A DNA stretch of 63,708 nucleotides, counting the filler, from Saprolegnia diclina VS20 (lineage: Eukaryota), in the NCBI RefSeq assembly GCF_000281045.1. It is 6 parts of 4 records of this genome, joined end to end, with 100 filler letters (N's around TTAATTAATTAA, not from the genome) between each part and the next. Parts side by side here need not be neighbours in the genome. Positions count along the whole stretch, not along the records: positions 48,553 to 59,391 come from NW_008246187.1; positions 59,492 to 60,811 come from NW_008246188.1; positions 60,912 to 62,438 come from NW_008246188.1; positions 62,539 to 63,708 come from NW_008246192.1; 2 more parts are not named here. One strand, 5' to 3'. Below are positions 52,981-63,138 of this stretch, in pieces. The translations under genes were made by a program, and so were the position numbers. Within the stretch, counting starts at the first letter, position 1, and every line of letters begins with the position of its first letter. A model generated the notes under the pieces. The model did not search any database. It had not been told where the DNA came from and was given only the letters and a program-made list of their open reading frames with translations.

Positions 52981-52996
52981 CTCATATTTCAATTTC
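52981..52996 (+). promoter_or_regulatory. Oomycete INR-FPR core promoter of the isocyanide synthase gene
   Basis: CTCATATTTCAATTTC has one mismatch to TCATTYYNCAWTTY and starts 30 nt upstream of ATG 53011. Confidence 0.6.
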
Positions 52997-53010
52997 CACT
53001 TTCGATCATC

Positions 53011-54951
53011 ATGGTCACTTTGCACAAGCGCTTCACCTATATGCTCCAGTACTGCAACAAGGTGACGACCAACCTCCGGACCATGTACTACTCGTCTCGG
53101 TCGTCGCGATATACGAGCTACAAGCCGACAACGCCGAGCATCGACGTGACTCAGGACATGATCGTACAGCGGGTGCTGAAAAGCCTGGCGCCGCTGTTGC
53201 ACCAGCTGCCCACAGACCGTTTCGACGCCGACGGCCGCGCCAAGGTCGAGGCCATCGTGCGCCGCGCGATTGACGCCAAGCAGCCCGTCACGTTTGTGAT
53301 CCCAGCCTTTCCCTTCAAGTCGCCCAACACGACCGAGAAGACGCTCGGCGTGCTGCCGGACCGCGGCGAAGAGCTCGCAATGCACCGCCTCGAAACGCTT
53401 TGCCAAAAGATCGAACGACTGTACCCGATCGGCGTCCAGATGGTCATCTTCAGCGACGGTCGCATCTTCAACGACATCATTGGCGTCTCGACGGACGCCA
53501 TGGACGCGTACATGGCCGAGCTCGAGGCCATGGCGGTCGCGGCGCAGCATACGCACATCAAGTTTGACCGACTCGAGCACTACACCACCTCCGAAGACCC
53601 CAACCAGGAGCTTCTCGAGCGCTACAACTGCGACAAGATCGACATGAAGCAGCTTCTGAAAGATGACGCGGGCGTCCTCGCCACGTACCGCGGCTTCCGG
53701 CGCTTCCTCACCAAGGACCTCGCGCACAAGTGGGTCGGCATGTCCAACTCGGCCATCGACAAGGCTGCGGGGGTCGCCGCCAAGCTCATGATCCAGCGCA
53801 ACATGGCCTTCTCGACGCTCGTCGACGACTGCTACCCGGACGCGATCCGCCTCTCGATCCACGCCTACGACAACGCGGGCCCCAAGTACGGTGTCGCGCT
53901 CATTCCGCAGCTTCAGAGCTCCAACGGGTCAATCCCGACCACGCCGTGGCACTGCGTCATGGTCACCGATGAAAATGGTCGCGAGTTCTCGGCCAAGCAC
54001 GAAGATATTGACCTCGAGCGGTACGAGCTGCAGCACAAGTTTGGCCGAGCGTGGTGCTACACGGCCAAGGACACGGCCAAGGTCGAGCTGGCACCCGAGT
54101 GGGCGACCCTCAACATCTCGGTCGCGCCGTGGCGCCAAGGCGTGACGCTGACGAGCCAGAACAACGCCTTGTCGGTCATGGCCGTGCCGCGCCACCTCTT
54201 GCGCTCGCTCGCGACCAAGTACAGCGTCGTGCTCCTCCGCGGCTTCCGCAATGACGAGGACCTCGACGCGGTCGCGTCGCACATTGGCGAGATCCTCATG
54301 TGGCCCACGGGCAGCACGCTCGAGCTCAAGCAAGACGGCGCATCCGGCCTCGCATCGCGGTCGCACGAACCCATGGCGTTCCACTACGACGGCATGTTCA
54401 AGCGCATTCCCGACAGCGACATCCTCGGCGATGTGCCCTTGTACCAGTTCTTCCAGTGCTTGGCGCCGTACCCGGAGCGCGACTCGCCGTTCGGTCGCAC
54501 CATGTTTGTCGACACGCGCCGGCTCCTCGCAGCCTTGCCATCGGAAGACGTCGCGCGTCTTCGGACGCTCCAGATGACGGCGACGACGGCGGCCAACGTC
54601 ATGTACGGCTCGGCGACGCTGACGCACTTCATGGACCTCGTGTGCCAGCACCCGGTCAACGGCCAGGAGGTCCTCCGCTTCCACGAGCCGTGGGACGCCG
54701 ACAAGACCAACCTCCAGCCGACGCAGATTACCATCCGCAGCAAGAACGAGGCGGCGACCGACGCCGAGCACGCGGCCGAGCAAGCGTGGGTCTTTGAGAC
54801 GCTCGTGCCGCTGCTCTACAGCGACGACTTCAAGTACGCGCACGAGTGGCAAGCCGGCGACTTTGTGCTCTCGGACAACATTGCGCAGCTGCACAGCCGG
54901 ACGCCCGTGCCGAAAGCAGGCCGGGAGATCCGCCGCATCCACCTCAACTAG
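53011..54951 (+). CDS. Isocyanide (isonitrile) synthase DIT1/PvcA domain fused to a TauD-type Fe(II)/2-oxoglutarate dioxygenase (PvcA-PvcB / IsnAB-like), intronless, ~646 aa
   Basis: ICS motifs FVIPAFPFKSPN, LGVLPDRGEELA, IFSDGRIFNDIIGV, YRGFRRFL, IRLSIH, TPWH. TauD motifs VLLRGF, FHYDGMF (HxD), GRTMFVD, HPVNG..LRFHEP, HEWQAGDFVLSDNIAQLHSR, IRRIH. Confidence 0.92.
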   Translation: MVTLHKRFTYMLQYCNKVTTNLRTMYYSSRSSRYTSYKPTTPSIDVTQDMIVQRVLKSLAPLLHQLPTDRFDADGRAKVEAIVRRAIDAKQPVTFVIPAFPFKSPNTTEKTLGVLPDRGEELAMHRLETLCQKIERLYPIGVQMVIFSDGRIFNDIIGVSTDAMDAYMAELEAMAVAAQHTHIKFDRLEHYTTSEDPNQELLERYNCDKIDMKQLLKDDAGVLATYRGFRRFLTKDLAHKWVGMSNSAIDKAAGVAAKLMIQRNMAFSTLVDDCYPDAIRLSIHAYDNAGPKYGVALIPQLQSSNGSIPTTPWHCVMVTDENGREFSAKHEDIDLERYELQHKFGRAWCYTAKDTAKVELAPEWATLNISVAPWRQGVTLTSQNNALSVMAVPRHLLRSLATKYSVVLLRGFRNDEDLDAVASHIGEILMWPTGSTLELKQDGASGLASRSHEPMAFHYDGMFKRIPDSDILGDVPLYQFFQCLAPYPERDSPFGRTMFVDTRRLLAALPSEDVARLRTLQMTATTAANVMYGSATLTHFMDLVCQHPVNGQEVLRFHEPWDADKTNLQPTQITIRSKNEAATDAEHAAEQAWVFETLVPLLYSDDFKYAHEWQAGDFVLSDNIAQLHSRTPVPKAGREIRRIHLN

Positions 54952-55147
54952 AGTCGTGACGATAACTTATTTGTGTACACTAGTGGCATTTTTTGCCAAG
55001 ACATTATTTTCTTGACAAATGCGATCGTTGCTGGCCAGGCAGATGCTATGGCGACCAGAGACACATGTTGTGTTCGCAACGCACCACGAGGACATACGAG
55101 TCAAGACACGTGCATGGTCATAGAAGCAATAGTGTAGTCGAGCTGCT

Positions 55148-56422
55148 TTATTCCTCACTCTCACTACCGATATCCGTGAGAAGAGGACGGTCCTCGCCGT
55201 AGCACAAGTCTTGGGCCATAAAAAGACAGTTGTCGAGGCGCATTTGTTTGCGCTGACGCTGAATTGCGAGCAGCTTCAGCGGTGCACCGACGGTAAAGGG
55301 TCCGTGGTCGTCGTCGCAATCGTCGTCGTCGTCGTCACTCGTGTCGTCGAGTACCGGCGCCGGACTCGCGGGACGAAGCGTCGAGCACAGATCGTCGTTG
55401 TAGGCAAGCCAGTCGGGTTTGACTAGCGCCGTCATACCGGTAGCCATTGAGTCTGTTACGGGCACCGCCGCATCGTCCTTCTTCTTCTCCATGTCCATGT
55501 CATCTGACGCGTCGTTGGACACGGCAGTCGACGCGACTTTGGCCATGCACGTCCGACACGCGCCGCGCTTCGTGTCGGGCGTGCCGTCGCACGCCTTGCA
55601 GATGTTTTCGAGGCAGAGACCGCACTTGCGGCGGTGGTCGACGGCGTTGAAGCAGAGCACTTCGGTGCAAAACTCAATGCCGTCGGACGGCACGACCGGC
55701 GTCGGCGCCACGTACAATGCAAAGCGCCAGTGGACGACGCTCTGCGTGAGCTTTTGCAAGAGCGTGCGTCCGAGCACCTCAAAGCGGGCAGCGTGCTTGG
55801 TCGGGAGCGCGCCGACGAGAAGGAGCCGCGTCGCGTTCGCTCGCAATGGCACGAGCGCGAGGCCAAAGACGGTCGGCGTCGTCTGGCGGGGCAACGCAAA
55901 CACGGGCGTCTGCGCCTGCAAGAGCACCTGGATGTCGGACGCCAGCGTCGCACTCGTCACGTGCATGGCGCACTCGTCACCAGTCGCCTCGATCTGCGTC
56001 GTGTGCCGAAGAAAGAAGCTCGGCTCGCGCAGCCCGACGGCCGAGAGGAGGTCCCACTGCACCGACGTCGAATCGAGCTCGAACGCGTGCTGTCGCCCGA
56101 GAGTCCACGTCGTGTGCGTCACTGGGGCAGACACGCCGAGCAGCGTCTCGTCAAAGTGTACGGTGGCATGCATGAGCTCGGTCAGCGGACTCTCGACCGT
56201 GTGCTCGAGGAGCACGTGGCAGTGCTGGCCGGTTGCGATCGCGTGCTTGAAGCTGTAGATGCTCGTCGTCTCCTGCTGCCGCATCGGACTCTCGCGGGGC
56301 TTGCGCAAATGCGCTTGAGCCCAGGTGGCGACGCGCAACGTGGTCGAGAGACCAAACGGCACGAGCGCGGTCGTGAGCGCATCGGACGCGGCGTTGGTCT
56401 GGAGGTGCTTGTTGAGGTTCAT
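55148..56422 (-). CDS. START-like domain + degenerate FYVE zinc finger protein (oomycete-type family)
   Basis: 424-aa intronless ORF with START-like N-terminal half (..REPSFFL..), then CTEVLC..RRKCGLCLENICKAC..CRTC and an acidic tail. Confidence 0.65.
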   Translation of the reverse strand: MNLNKHLQTNAASDALTTALVPFGLSTTLRVATWAQAHLRKPRESPMRQQETTSIYSFKHAIATGQHCHVLLEHTVESPLTELMHATVHFDETLLGVSAPVTHTTWTLGRQHAFELDSTSVQWDLLSAVGLREPSFFLRHTTQIEATGDECAMHVTSATLASDIQVLLQAQTPVFALPRQTTPTVFGLALVPLRANATRLLLVGALPTKHAARFEVLGRTLLQKLTQSVVHWRFALYVAPTPVVPSDGIEFCTEVLCFNAVDHRRKCGLCLENICKACDGTPDTKRGACRTCMAKVASTAVSNDASDDMDMEKKKDDAAVPVTDSMATGMTALVKPDWLAYNDDLCSTLRPASPAPVLDDTSDDDDDDCDDDHGPFTVGAPLKLLAIQRQRKQMRLDNCLFMAQDLCYGEDRPLLTDIGSESEE

Positions 56423-56995
56423 ACTGGGCAGTGGTGCCGTAAGACGCAAAGATGATTGTGGATTTTCCCAGGACGTTCAAGCTTTTGGGAAAGGCGAAAG
56501 GAAGGAAAAGGGAGGCATCAGCCTTTGCGAGGAGATGGTGTGAGGAGACAGTGTGAGAGACGCCAACAAGACGCAGAGCGGAGAGGAGTCGAGGCCAAAT
56601 GCAAGACTACCGCGCTCACTCTATGTTTCCGTCGATAGCAGAACATTGCACGCATATAGGCCACGCGATGGTGTCTTATTGCCTGCGCAATGGGGAAAAC
56701 GAAGCAATATGACACTATTGGACTTGTACCTGAGGCGAAGCGCTACCAGAACTGGTTTCTTGTTGTCAGAATGGAGGATATACCTGGCACCAGCCAATGG
56801 TAGAGATTGAGTGTTAGTAGAATAAGCAAGCGACGGGATCGACCACCGAATGTGATCCCGTTGGAAGTACATACTAACTACTGACACCGTAGTCGAAGGC
56901 GATGATGGAGCAAGACTTGGCGGTCTTGCCGAAGATTGCAAACCAGTCTTCTGTGATTGGCCCATTGTGTCTCAACCGATGATCATAATATAGTG
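56326..56995. repeat. Left arm of a 670-bp inverted duplication
   Basis: Reverse complement of 58722-59391, with one mismatch seen; mirrored ORFs in the six-frame track. Confidence 0.95.
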
Positions 56996-57056
56996 CAAGT
57001 ATACATTGCTGGTCTACACCGTTCCAAACGTTGTGGCTGCAGCGAAATGTAGGCAG

Positions 57057-58485
57057 TTAACGTCCACCAGGATCGCGTCGGCCGCGTGGGTAGCTATCGA
57101 GGACCTCGACGACGTTGGCAAAACCATTCGCAAGTGCAATCATGCGGGCCGTCCGGTGGTGCTGTGGGATGTCTCGGTGAGATATTGTGCACGCACTATA
57201 TGGAGGAGGGACGTACGTGGTCCATTCGGTCCTTGTCGGCGTTGAACTGCAGGAGCAGCTCGGTCACGCGCGGGCGGTCGTGGTGAGCCGCACGGTGCAA
57301 GGCGGTGCACCCACCCTAGCATTTTTGCGATGAGACGTCATGGTTTTTCTTCGAGTGAGGTACGTCGCCAGGGTGGTTGATGTTGGCGTAGGCATCGACA
57401 AGGAGCTGCACGGCACGATCTTGGCCGCCCCACGACGCCCACTGCAGCGGTGTGTTGCCATACTGCACCGAATATCAAGTTGATATTTCGTTTCCAAAAA
57501 CGCGTACCCGGTTTTCGCTGTCGACGGTCGCGCCATGCTCGAGAAGAAGTCGCACAACGGCTTCGTGGCCTTCCCAAGCGGCCCAGTGCAGTGGCGTGTT
57601 GTTGTCCTATCGTCGCTTTGGCTGTCGAATCCGAATACTGAATACCACGTACCTCCATGCGCACGTCTGGGTGCACGCCGCTGCCGAGCAGCGCGCCGAC
57701 GCGGTCCGTCTGGCCCTTCTTGGCCGCGTCGTAGAGCGCGCAGGGGTCCTGCTTGCACATAGGCACGAGGTCGCCAAGAGTGCGTATGTAGTACCCCGGG
57801 GTGCTGGTCGAGGAGGCGAAGGATACTGGCGTGTCCTCTCTCGAATGCCAGAGCGTACGCCGCGTGCCCCGCCTAAGGTACGCTGTCAGAGCCTGATACA
57901 CACATGCAGAAGCGTGCGTGGTTGCGCAGGTTCACATCGGCCTCGCGATTCAGGAGAAGGCGCACTACTGCGGCTCGGTCTTCCCGCGCTGCAAAGTGCA
58001 GTGGCGTGTCGCCGTCCTACACGATTGTAGCAACAAGGAAGAGAATTGCGATACGGTCTTCGTACGTTGTTTTGCCGGCCAATGTTGGCGCCTGTGTCCA
58101 GCAACAAGATCGCTGCTTGGACGCGGCCACCCCACGCCGCCCAATGCAGCGGTGTGTTGCCAAACTACAGCGATCAGTCCAGAGGGGCAACGAACTTTGG
58201 TCGTCGTACGTCGTTCGTGATGTCGACGCGGGCGCCACGGCGGAGGAGGAGATCGATGACCCTGTCGTGGCCCTCGTATGCTGCCCAGTGCAGCGCCGTG
58301 TAGCCGTCCTACTGCACGATGAGCCATGGCCAACACAAGTCGACGACGTTGAAGCGGCGGTTCGGGTCGACGCCTTCAGCCAGAAGCGCGCGCACGCCCT
58401 CAAGGTCGCCGCGCTTGGCAGCGTCGTAGAGCTACGTGGGAGCGCATGAGCCCAAGGCGCTGTACGGCCAATGTACATCGCTCAT
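57057..58485 (-). CDS. Ankyrin-repeat protein (~10 repeat exons)
   Basis: Micro-exon ATG AGC GAT, then LYDAAKRGD, DGYTALHWAAYEGH, FGNTPLHWAAWGGR, DGDTPLHFAARED and others; ends RDPGGR-TAA at 57057. Confidence 0.85.
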
Positions 58486-58721
58486 CTGCAGGCTTGCTGG
58501 GTTGTGTTGGCACGTCGATGCACCTATTCCAAACACTATTCATGACTTCTAGAATAGTGTATGGTGCGTTTTTGCCAGAAAGAACCAGTAGCCGCGAAAG
58601 AACCTATAGCCACGTTGGCTTTGGCCGCTGCCCGTAGTACGCAGCCACGCTTACCCAAATGAGACGTAGCAACCGCGTCTAGCTGCTCGGAGTGGCGTCA
58701 AGCACTCAGCTCGATCAGTCA

Positions 58722-59391
58722 CACTATATTATGATCATCGGTTGAGACACAATGGGCCAATCACAGAAGACTGGTTTGCAATCTTCGGCAAGACCGCCAA
58801 GTCTTGCTCCATCATCGCCTTCGACTACGGTGTCAGTAGTTAGTATGTACTTCCAACGGGATCACATTCGGTGGTCGATCCCGTCGCTTGCTTATTCTAC
58901 TAACACTCAATCTCTACCATTGGCTGGTGCCAGGTATATCCTCCATTCTGACAACAAGAAACCAGTTCTGGTAGCGCTTCGCCTCAGGTACAAGTCCAAT
59001 AGTGTCATATTGCTTCGTTTTCCCCATTGCGCAGGCAATAAGACACCATCGCGTGGCCTATATGCGTGCAATGTTCTGCTATCGACGGAAACATAGAGTG
59101 AGCGCGGTAGTCTTGCATTTGGCCTCGACTCCTCTCCGCTCTGCGTCTTGTTGGCGTCTCTCACACTGTCTCCTCACACCATCTCCTCGCAAAGGCTGAT
59201 GCCTCCCTTTTCCTTCCTTTCGCCTTTCCCAAAAGCTTGAACGTCCTGGGAAAATCCACAATCATCTTTGCGTCTAACGGCACCACTGCCCAGTATGAAC
59301 CTCAACAAGCACCTCCAGACCAACGCCGCGTCCGATGCGCTCACGACCGCGCTCGTGCCGTTTGGTCTCTCGACCACGTTGCGCGTCGCCA
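58722..59391. repeat. Right arm of the 670-bp inverted duplication (upstream region + first ~32 codons of the START-FYVE gene), cut by a gap
   Basis: Reverse complement of 56326-56995. Confidence 0.95.
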
Positions 59392-60603
59392 NNNNNNNNN
59401 NNNNNNNNNNNNNNNNNNNNNNNNNNNNNNNNNNNTTAATTAATTAANNNNNNNNNNNNNNNNNNNNNNNNNNNNNNNNNNNNNNNNNNNNGATATTTTG
59501 TGGTGTTTGGAGACCCGTGAGGCAATCCCAATGCAAGGGTTTTGTACCCTTTCATGCTATAACGTCAAGGCACCATGCAGGCCTACTCGCAACGAGCTTT
59601 TCGTCGTTTATCTAGCCATTTTACACCAGCAAAGGAGTGACGCAGCAAAGCGGCCCTTTTCGTCCCGAAACTGGGTCCCGTTGGCGTTGACGCGCAGTAT
59701 AAAGATGGACCAAAGGCTATACGTGTATGACCGACCGCGCGAGCGCGTTGGCTAGTCCAAAATATCGATCCATTGGACCGGCAAGCGACGCCACGAAATT
59801 GTGACTGATGTGTATCGCGCTGGAATATGAAGTTTTGGCATGAAACTCGAGCCCAGGGTGTGGCTGGTGGCTGGAGATTGTGACAGTGCACATGTAGCTG
59901 TCTTGGCCACTCGCCAGGCCTCCAGTTCGAAGTTTTTTTGGGGGGAAATCGTGCTGCAGACCCATGGCCGTGCCACCACCACATTGGCGGCACGGAAAAC
60001 ACGTCACCTCAAGGTGCGGGAGATGCCAGTAGCACGGTTTTCCATAATTTTGTTGTGGGAAATGATACGACACAGTCTAGAAGGCAAAATGGAGCCGGGC
60101 TCGGCTGTACTCGTCGGGTGGGCGCTGGGTAGCCAAGTCGCTGCTGTCTTCGGCCCTTCGGGCTCCCTGCAGCAGCTCTACGAGTTGTGGGGTCTGCGCG
60201 AAGGTTGTGTGAAGTGATATCTTGGCTGCAGTGCATGCGGTCCCTCGCAATCTCACGAAAGAGCCCTCGAAACGGGTTTCGTACGATTTTTGGAGGCCAT
60301 CCGGGTGATTTGGCGGCACCGTAGCCTTCCCCCTAGGAGAGAGAGTTGCGCGCAAGCATTAGGAATCGACGGAACTCCTTCCCAACTGTCCCTGGATGCC
60401 ATCCAGCGGTGTGAAACGCGAGAATTCTGGCGCTTTAAAGTTCGATGAGCCTCGTGCCACATCCCCTCGTGTATCGGACACGGATGTTGAACAATAGCGC
60501 CGGAAATGATTGAGAGAGGCTTAGATGATGCTTACCCAGGCTGGGAAGCAAATTGAAGAGTCAACGGCGACGGAGAGGCTCGAAAATGCCAAAAAATCGA
60601 AAA

Positions 60604-60811
60604 GTGGCCTATCTTTATTTCGCACCAAAAAATCGAATTTGGCGGTTTTTCGGGCGTTTCTCAAAAACACTTCGCCCGATTGATCCCAAATGTTGTGTTT
60701 GGGCTGACCGAGACAAGTGCTTTCGATTGGACTATGTTGCGATACGTCACGATGTATACAGCACGTGATAGATTTACGTGCCAGGGTGGCCTATCTTTAT
60801 TGCGCGCACTG
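60604..60811. mobile_element. Terminus of a Tc1/mariner-like DNA transposon or MITE with an internal direct repeat
   Basis: Reverse complement of 60786-60811 is CAGTGCGCGCAATAAAGATAGGCCAC, a Tc1-like CAGTG terminus; GTGGCCTATCTTTATT recurs at 60604 and 60786. Confidence 0.6.
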
Positions 60812-60911
60812 NNNNNNNNNNNNNNNNNNNNNNNNNNNNNNNNNNNNNNNNNNNNTTAATTAATTAANNNNNNNNNNNNNNNNNNNNNNNNNNNNNNNNN
60901 NNNNNNNNNNN

Positions 60912-61651
60912 CGCGTACGAAGGCAATCGGACCAGCGGCAGCAACGATACGAGTCTCTCAACGTTTCCAGCGTCGTGCGGACCCGCGCGTCGAGAGCACT
61001 GGGGCAACGAAGGCTATTCTGTCGCGAGCGACTGGTGCTGGGCGGCCAAGCGGCGGCTTCCGCTCTTTGAAGCCAACGGGAGCCTCGCGCACTGTGTCAC
61101 CGGGCCTCTCGGTATTGCGGCCGTGGCGTCGTTTTCGGGCGGAAACTTTTGCGCCAAAGAGATGCGTTCGTGGCAGATCTGTCGACTCTTTCGCGACATG
61201 GCAACGTGCTCAGCAAGCGCCGAGCGACTGCTTCTGGACAAGGACTGGATCTCCAACGGCGAGGCGAGCTGCAGAGGTACCGGCAGCGGCGAGTCGTCTT
61301 GTGTGACCGAAGTACCGACGTACTACCCGAATGGCTTGAATGAGTTCTCGGGTGCGTCTTTTCCGCATGCGTGACTCGAGGACTTATGGTGCAACGTACG
61401 TAGTACTCGGCATAGCCTTGGGTGTCCTGAGCGTTGTACTCTTTGGCGCTGTCCTCGGCCTCTACATCAAGAAGAAGGACCGTCAGATGGCAGCCTCGCG
61501 ACCTGCGATTGAAGCCACCGCATGCTCGAGCAAGGACGGCGACGACGACGCTATCGACGACGATTTTCCCGTCTCTCGAGCCTCCAACTACGTGCGGGAC
61601 GATTCGTCCGACGACCACGAGCTTGCACGACGAGCTGCACTAGACGCATAA
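60912..61651 (+). CDS. 3' part of a single-pass membrane protein with a Cys-rich ectodomain (5' end lost in gap)
   Basis: Open frame from the gap with several Cys; likely intron after NEFSG; TM YVVLGIALGVLSVVLFGAVLGLYI followed by KKKDR. Confidence 0.6.
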
Positions 61652-62538
61652 TTGAATCTAAAGGAGCGGTGCATATATACACGTTATTGACTCATGGACG
61701 ATGGACTATGAGACAGAAGAGTCGACAAAATCAAACCCACGACGACAACTAGTCCTCTTACGGCGAGGCGCGCTGCAGAGGCAACGAGAGGTCTTGCGTC
61801 GACGCCACGTTACAGCGACGGCACCGCATTTGTTTCGGGGTGGTGATCCTTGCGGGTGTCCTCGCCTGTGGCGCGTTGAGCAGCTACTGTCTTTAGAAGA
61901 ACGGTCGGCACCGAGATATGCGATCGAAGCTACCGTGCTGGAGATATAGGGCAAAGACAACGGCGTCCATCGAGCATGCCACTACGTCCAGGACAACAGC
62001 AGAAATCCTGCACCGCGTTAGCGCGTGGACAGGTCAAGTGGACACGTACTCTCTCGTTATTTGAAGTAGTCGTTCGGAGATGTTTGCAGTTACACTGCGG
62101 TCTACAAGCAGAACGTACAGTGAATTGACATCTCGGATCCGACTAGCCAGCAGCTTCCTCGCATCTGCCATCGCAGTCACTGCACCTCCGGCTTGGCGCT
62201 GCGGTCCAAAGCTGGCCATGTTGAAGGCAGCGAGAGCGTTGTGGATTCATGAATCAAGGACTCATAACCGTATTGGATAGCACATGTCTATATCCGGATA
62301 ATCGTGTCCATCATCCGCATACCGACGATTGCTGCTGGGACGTGCAAGTCACAAGGCACAACCCATTTCACCGCCTCGGTCCCATGTCCTGCCACCGACG
62401 GCAACAGCGCGTCATCGCTCTGCTCTTGCTGCTTGGCGNNNNNNNNNNNNNNNNNNNNNNNNNNNNNNNNNNNNNNNNNNNNTTAATTAATTAANNNNNN
62501 NNNNNNNNNNNNNNNNNNNNNNNNNNNNNNNNNNNNNN

Positions 62539-63138
62539 GTCGGCATCACGAGCATGAAGAACAGCCAGACGGGCCAAAACTACCGCGACCGCGTCGAGTT
62601 TTGCAAGGACTCCAAGGTCGAGTACGACTTCACCAACAACTACAGCGACCTGACCTTCTGGGACAAGCCGCTCGACGTCGACGCCAACACGAACCGCACG
62701 GCGCAGATGCTCAAGTTTTACAACGACCTCATCAAGGATGGCATGGGCGACTACGGCCACATGAAGCCACTCCCGTCCGCCGAGGACCTCGCTAAGCTCA
62801 ACCCGCCGTGCTGGAAGAACAGCCCGATGTGTGCCAAGGCCGCCAACGGCTGCCGCCGCAAGCTGACCGCGCAGGTCTGCGAGGTCTGCTCGTCGCCTGC
62901 CGCTGACTGCAAGAAGCCGGGCCCGACCGACGCCGCTGCGCCGACGCTCAACAAGCAGTTCCAGCCGGCGCTCCCGACCAACGCCGCCGGTGTCACCACC
63001 GTCCCCCGCAGTGTCTCCAACAACGAAACGCTGGCGCCGGGTGCCGGCGGTGCCAGTGAAAAGACACCGAGCGCGGCCTCGCCCGTGTCTCTCGTCGCCG
63101 CTTCGACCGTCGCCGTCGCAGCCTTTTTGCTGGTGTAA
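62539..63138 (+). CDS. 3' part of a Cys-rich, probably GPI-anchored surface protein (5' end lost in gap)
   Basis: Strong GC3 bias; NPPCWKNSPMCAKAANGCRRKLTAQVCEVC; Pro/Thr/Ala linker; hydrophobic C-terminus SAASPVSLVAASTVAVAAFLLV. Confidence 0.75.
   Translation, partial: VGITSMKNSQTGQNYRDRVEFCKDSKVEYDFTNNYSDLTFWDKPLDVDANTNRTAQMLKFYNDLIKDGMGDYGHMKPLPSAEDLAKLNPPCWKNSPMCAKAANGCRRKLTAQVCEVCSSPAADCKKPGPTDAAAPTLNKQFQPALPTNAAGVTTVPRSVSNNETLAPGAGGASEKTPSAASPVSLVAASTVAVAAFLLV

Noticed and set aside
51723..53010. Long ORFs crossing the 766-N gap, including the apparent 1048-aa ORF
   Set aside because: Artefacts of translating Ns; the real CDS most likely starts at 53011.
52840..54942. Long antisense ORFs over the ICS gene (and similar ones over other GC-rich genes)
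   Set aside because: Expected shadow ORFs from strong GC3 codon bias.
45248..56422. A multi-gene biosynthetic cluster around the isocyanide synthase
   Set aside because: Neighbours (pseudogenised 2OG-like gene across two gaps, transposase fragment, START-FYVE gene) are not recognisable tailoring or transport genes.
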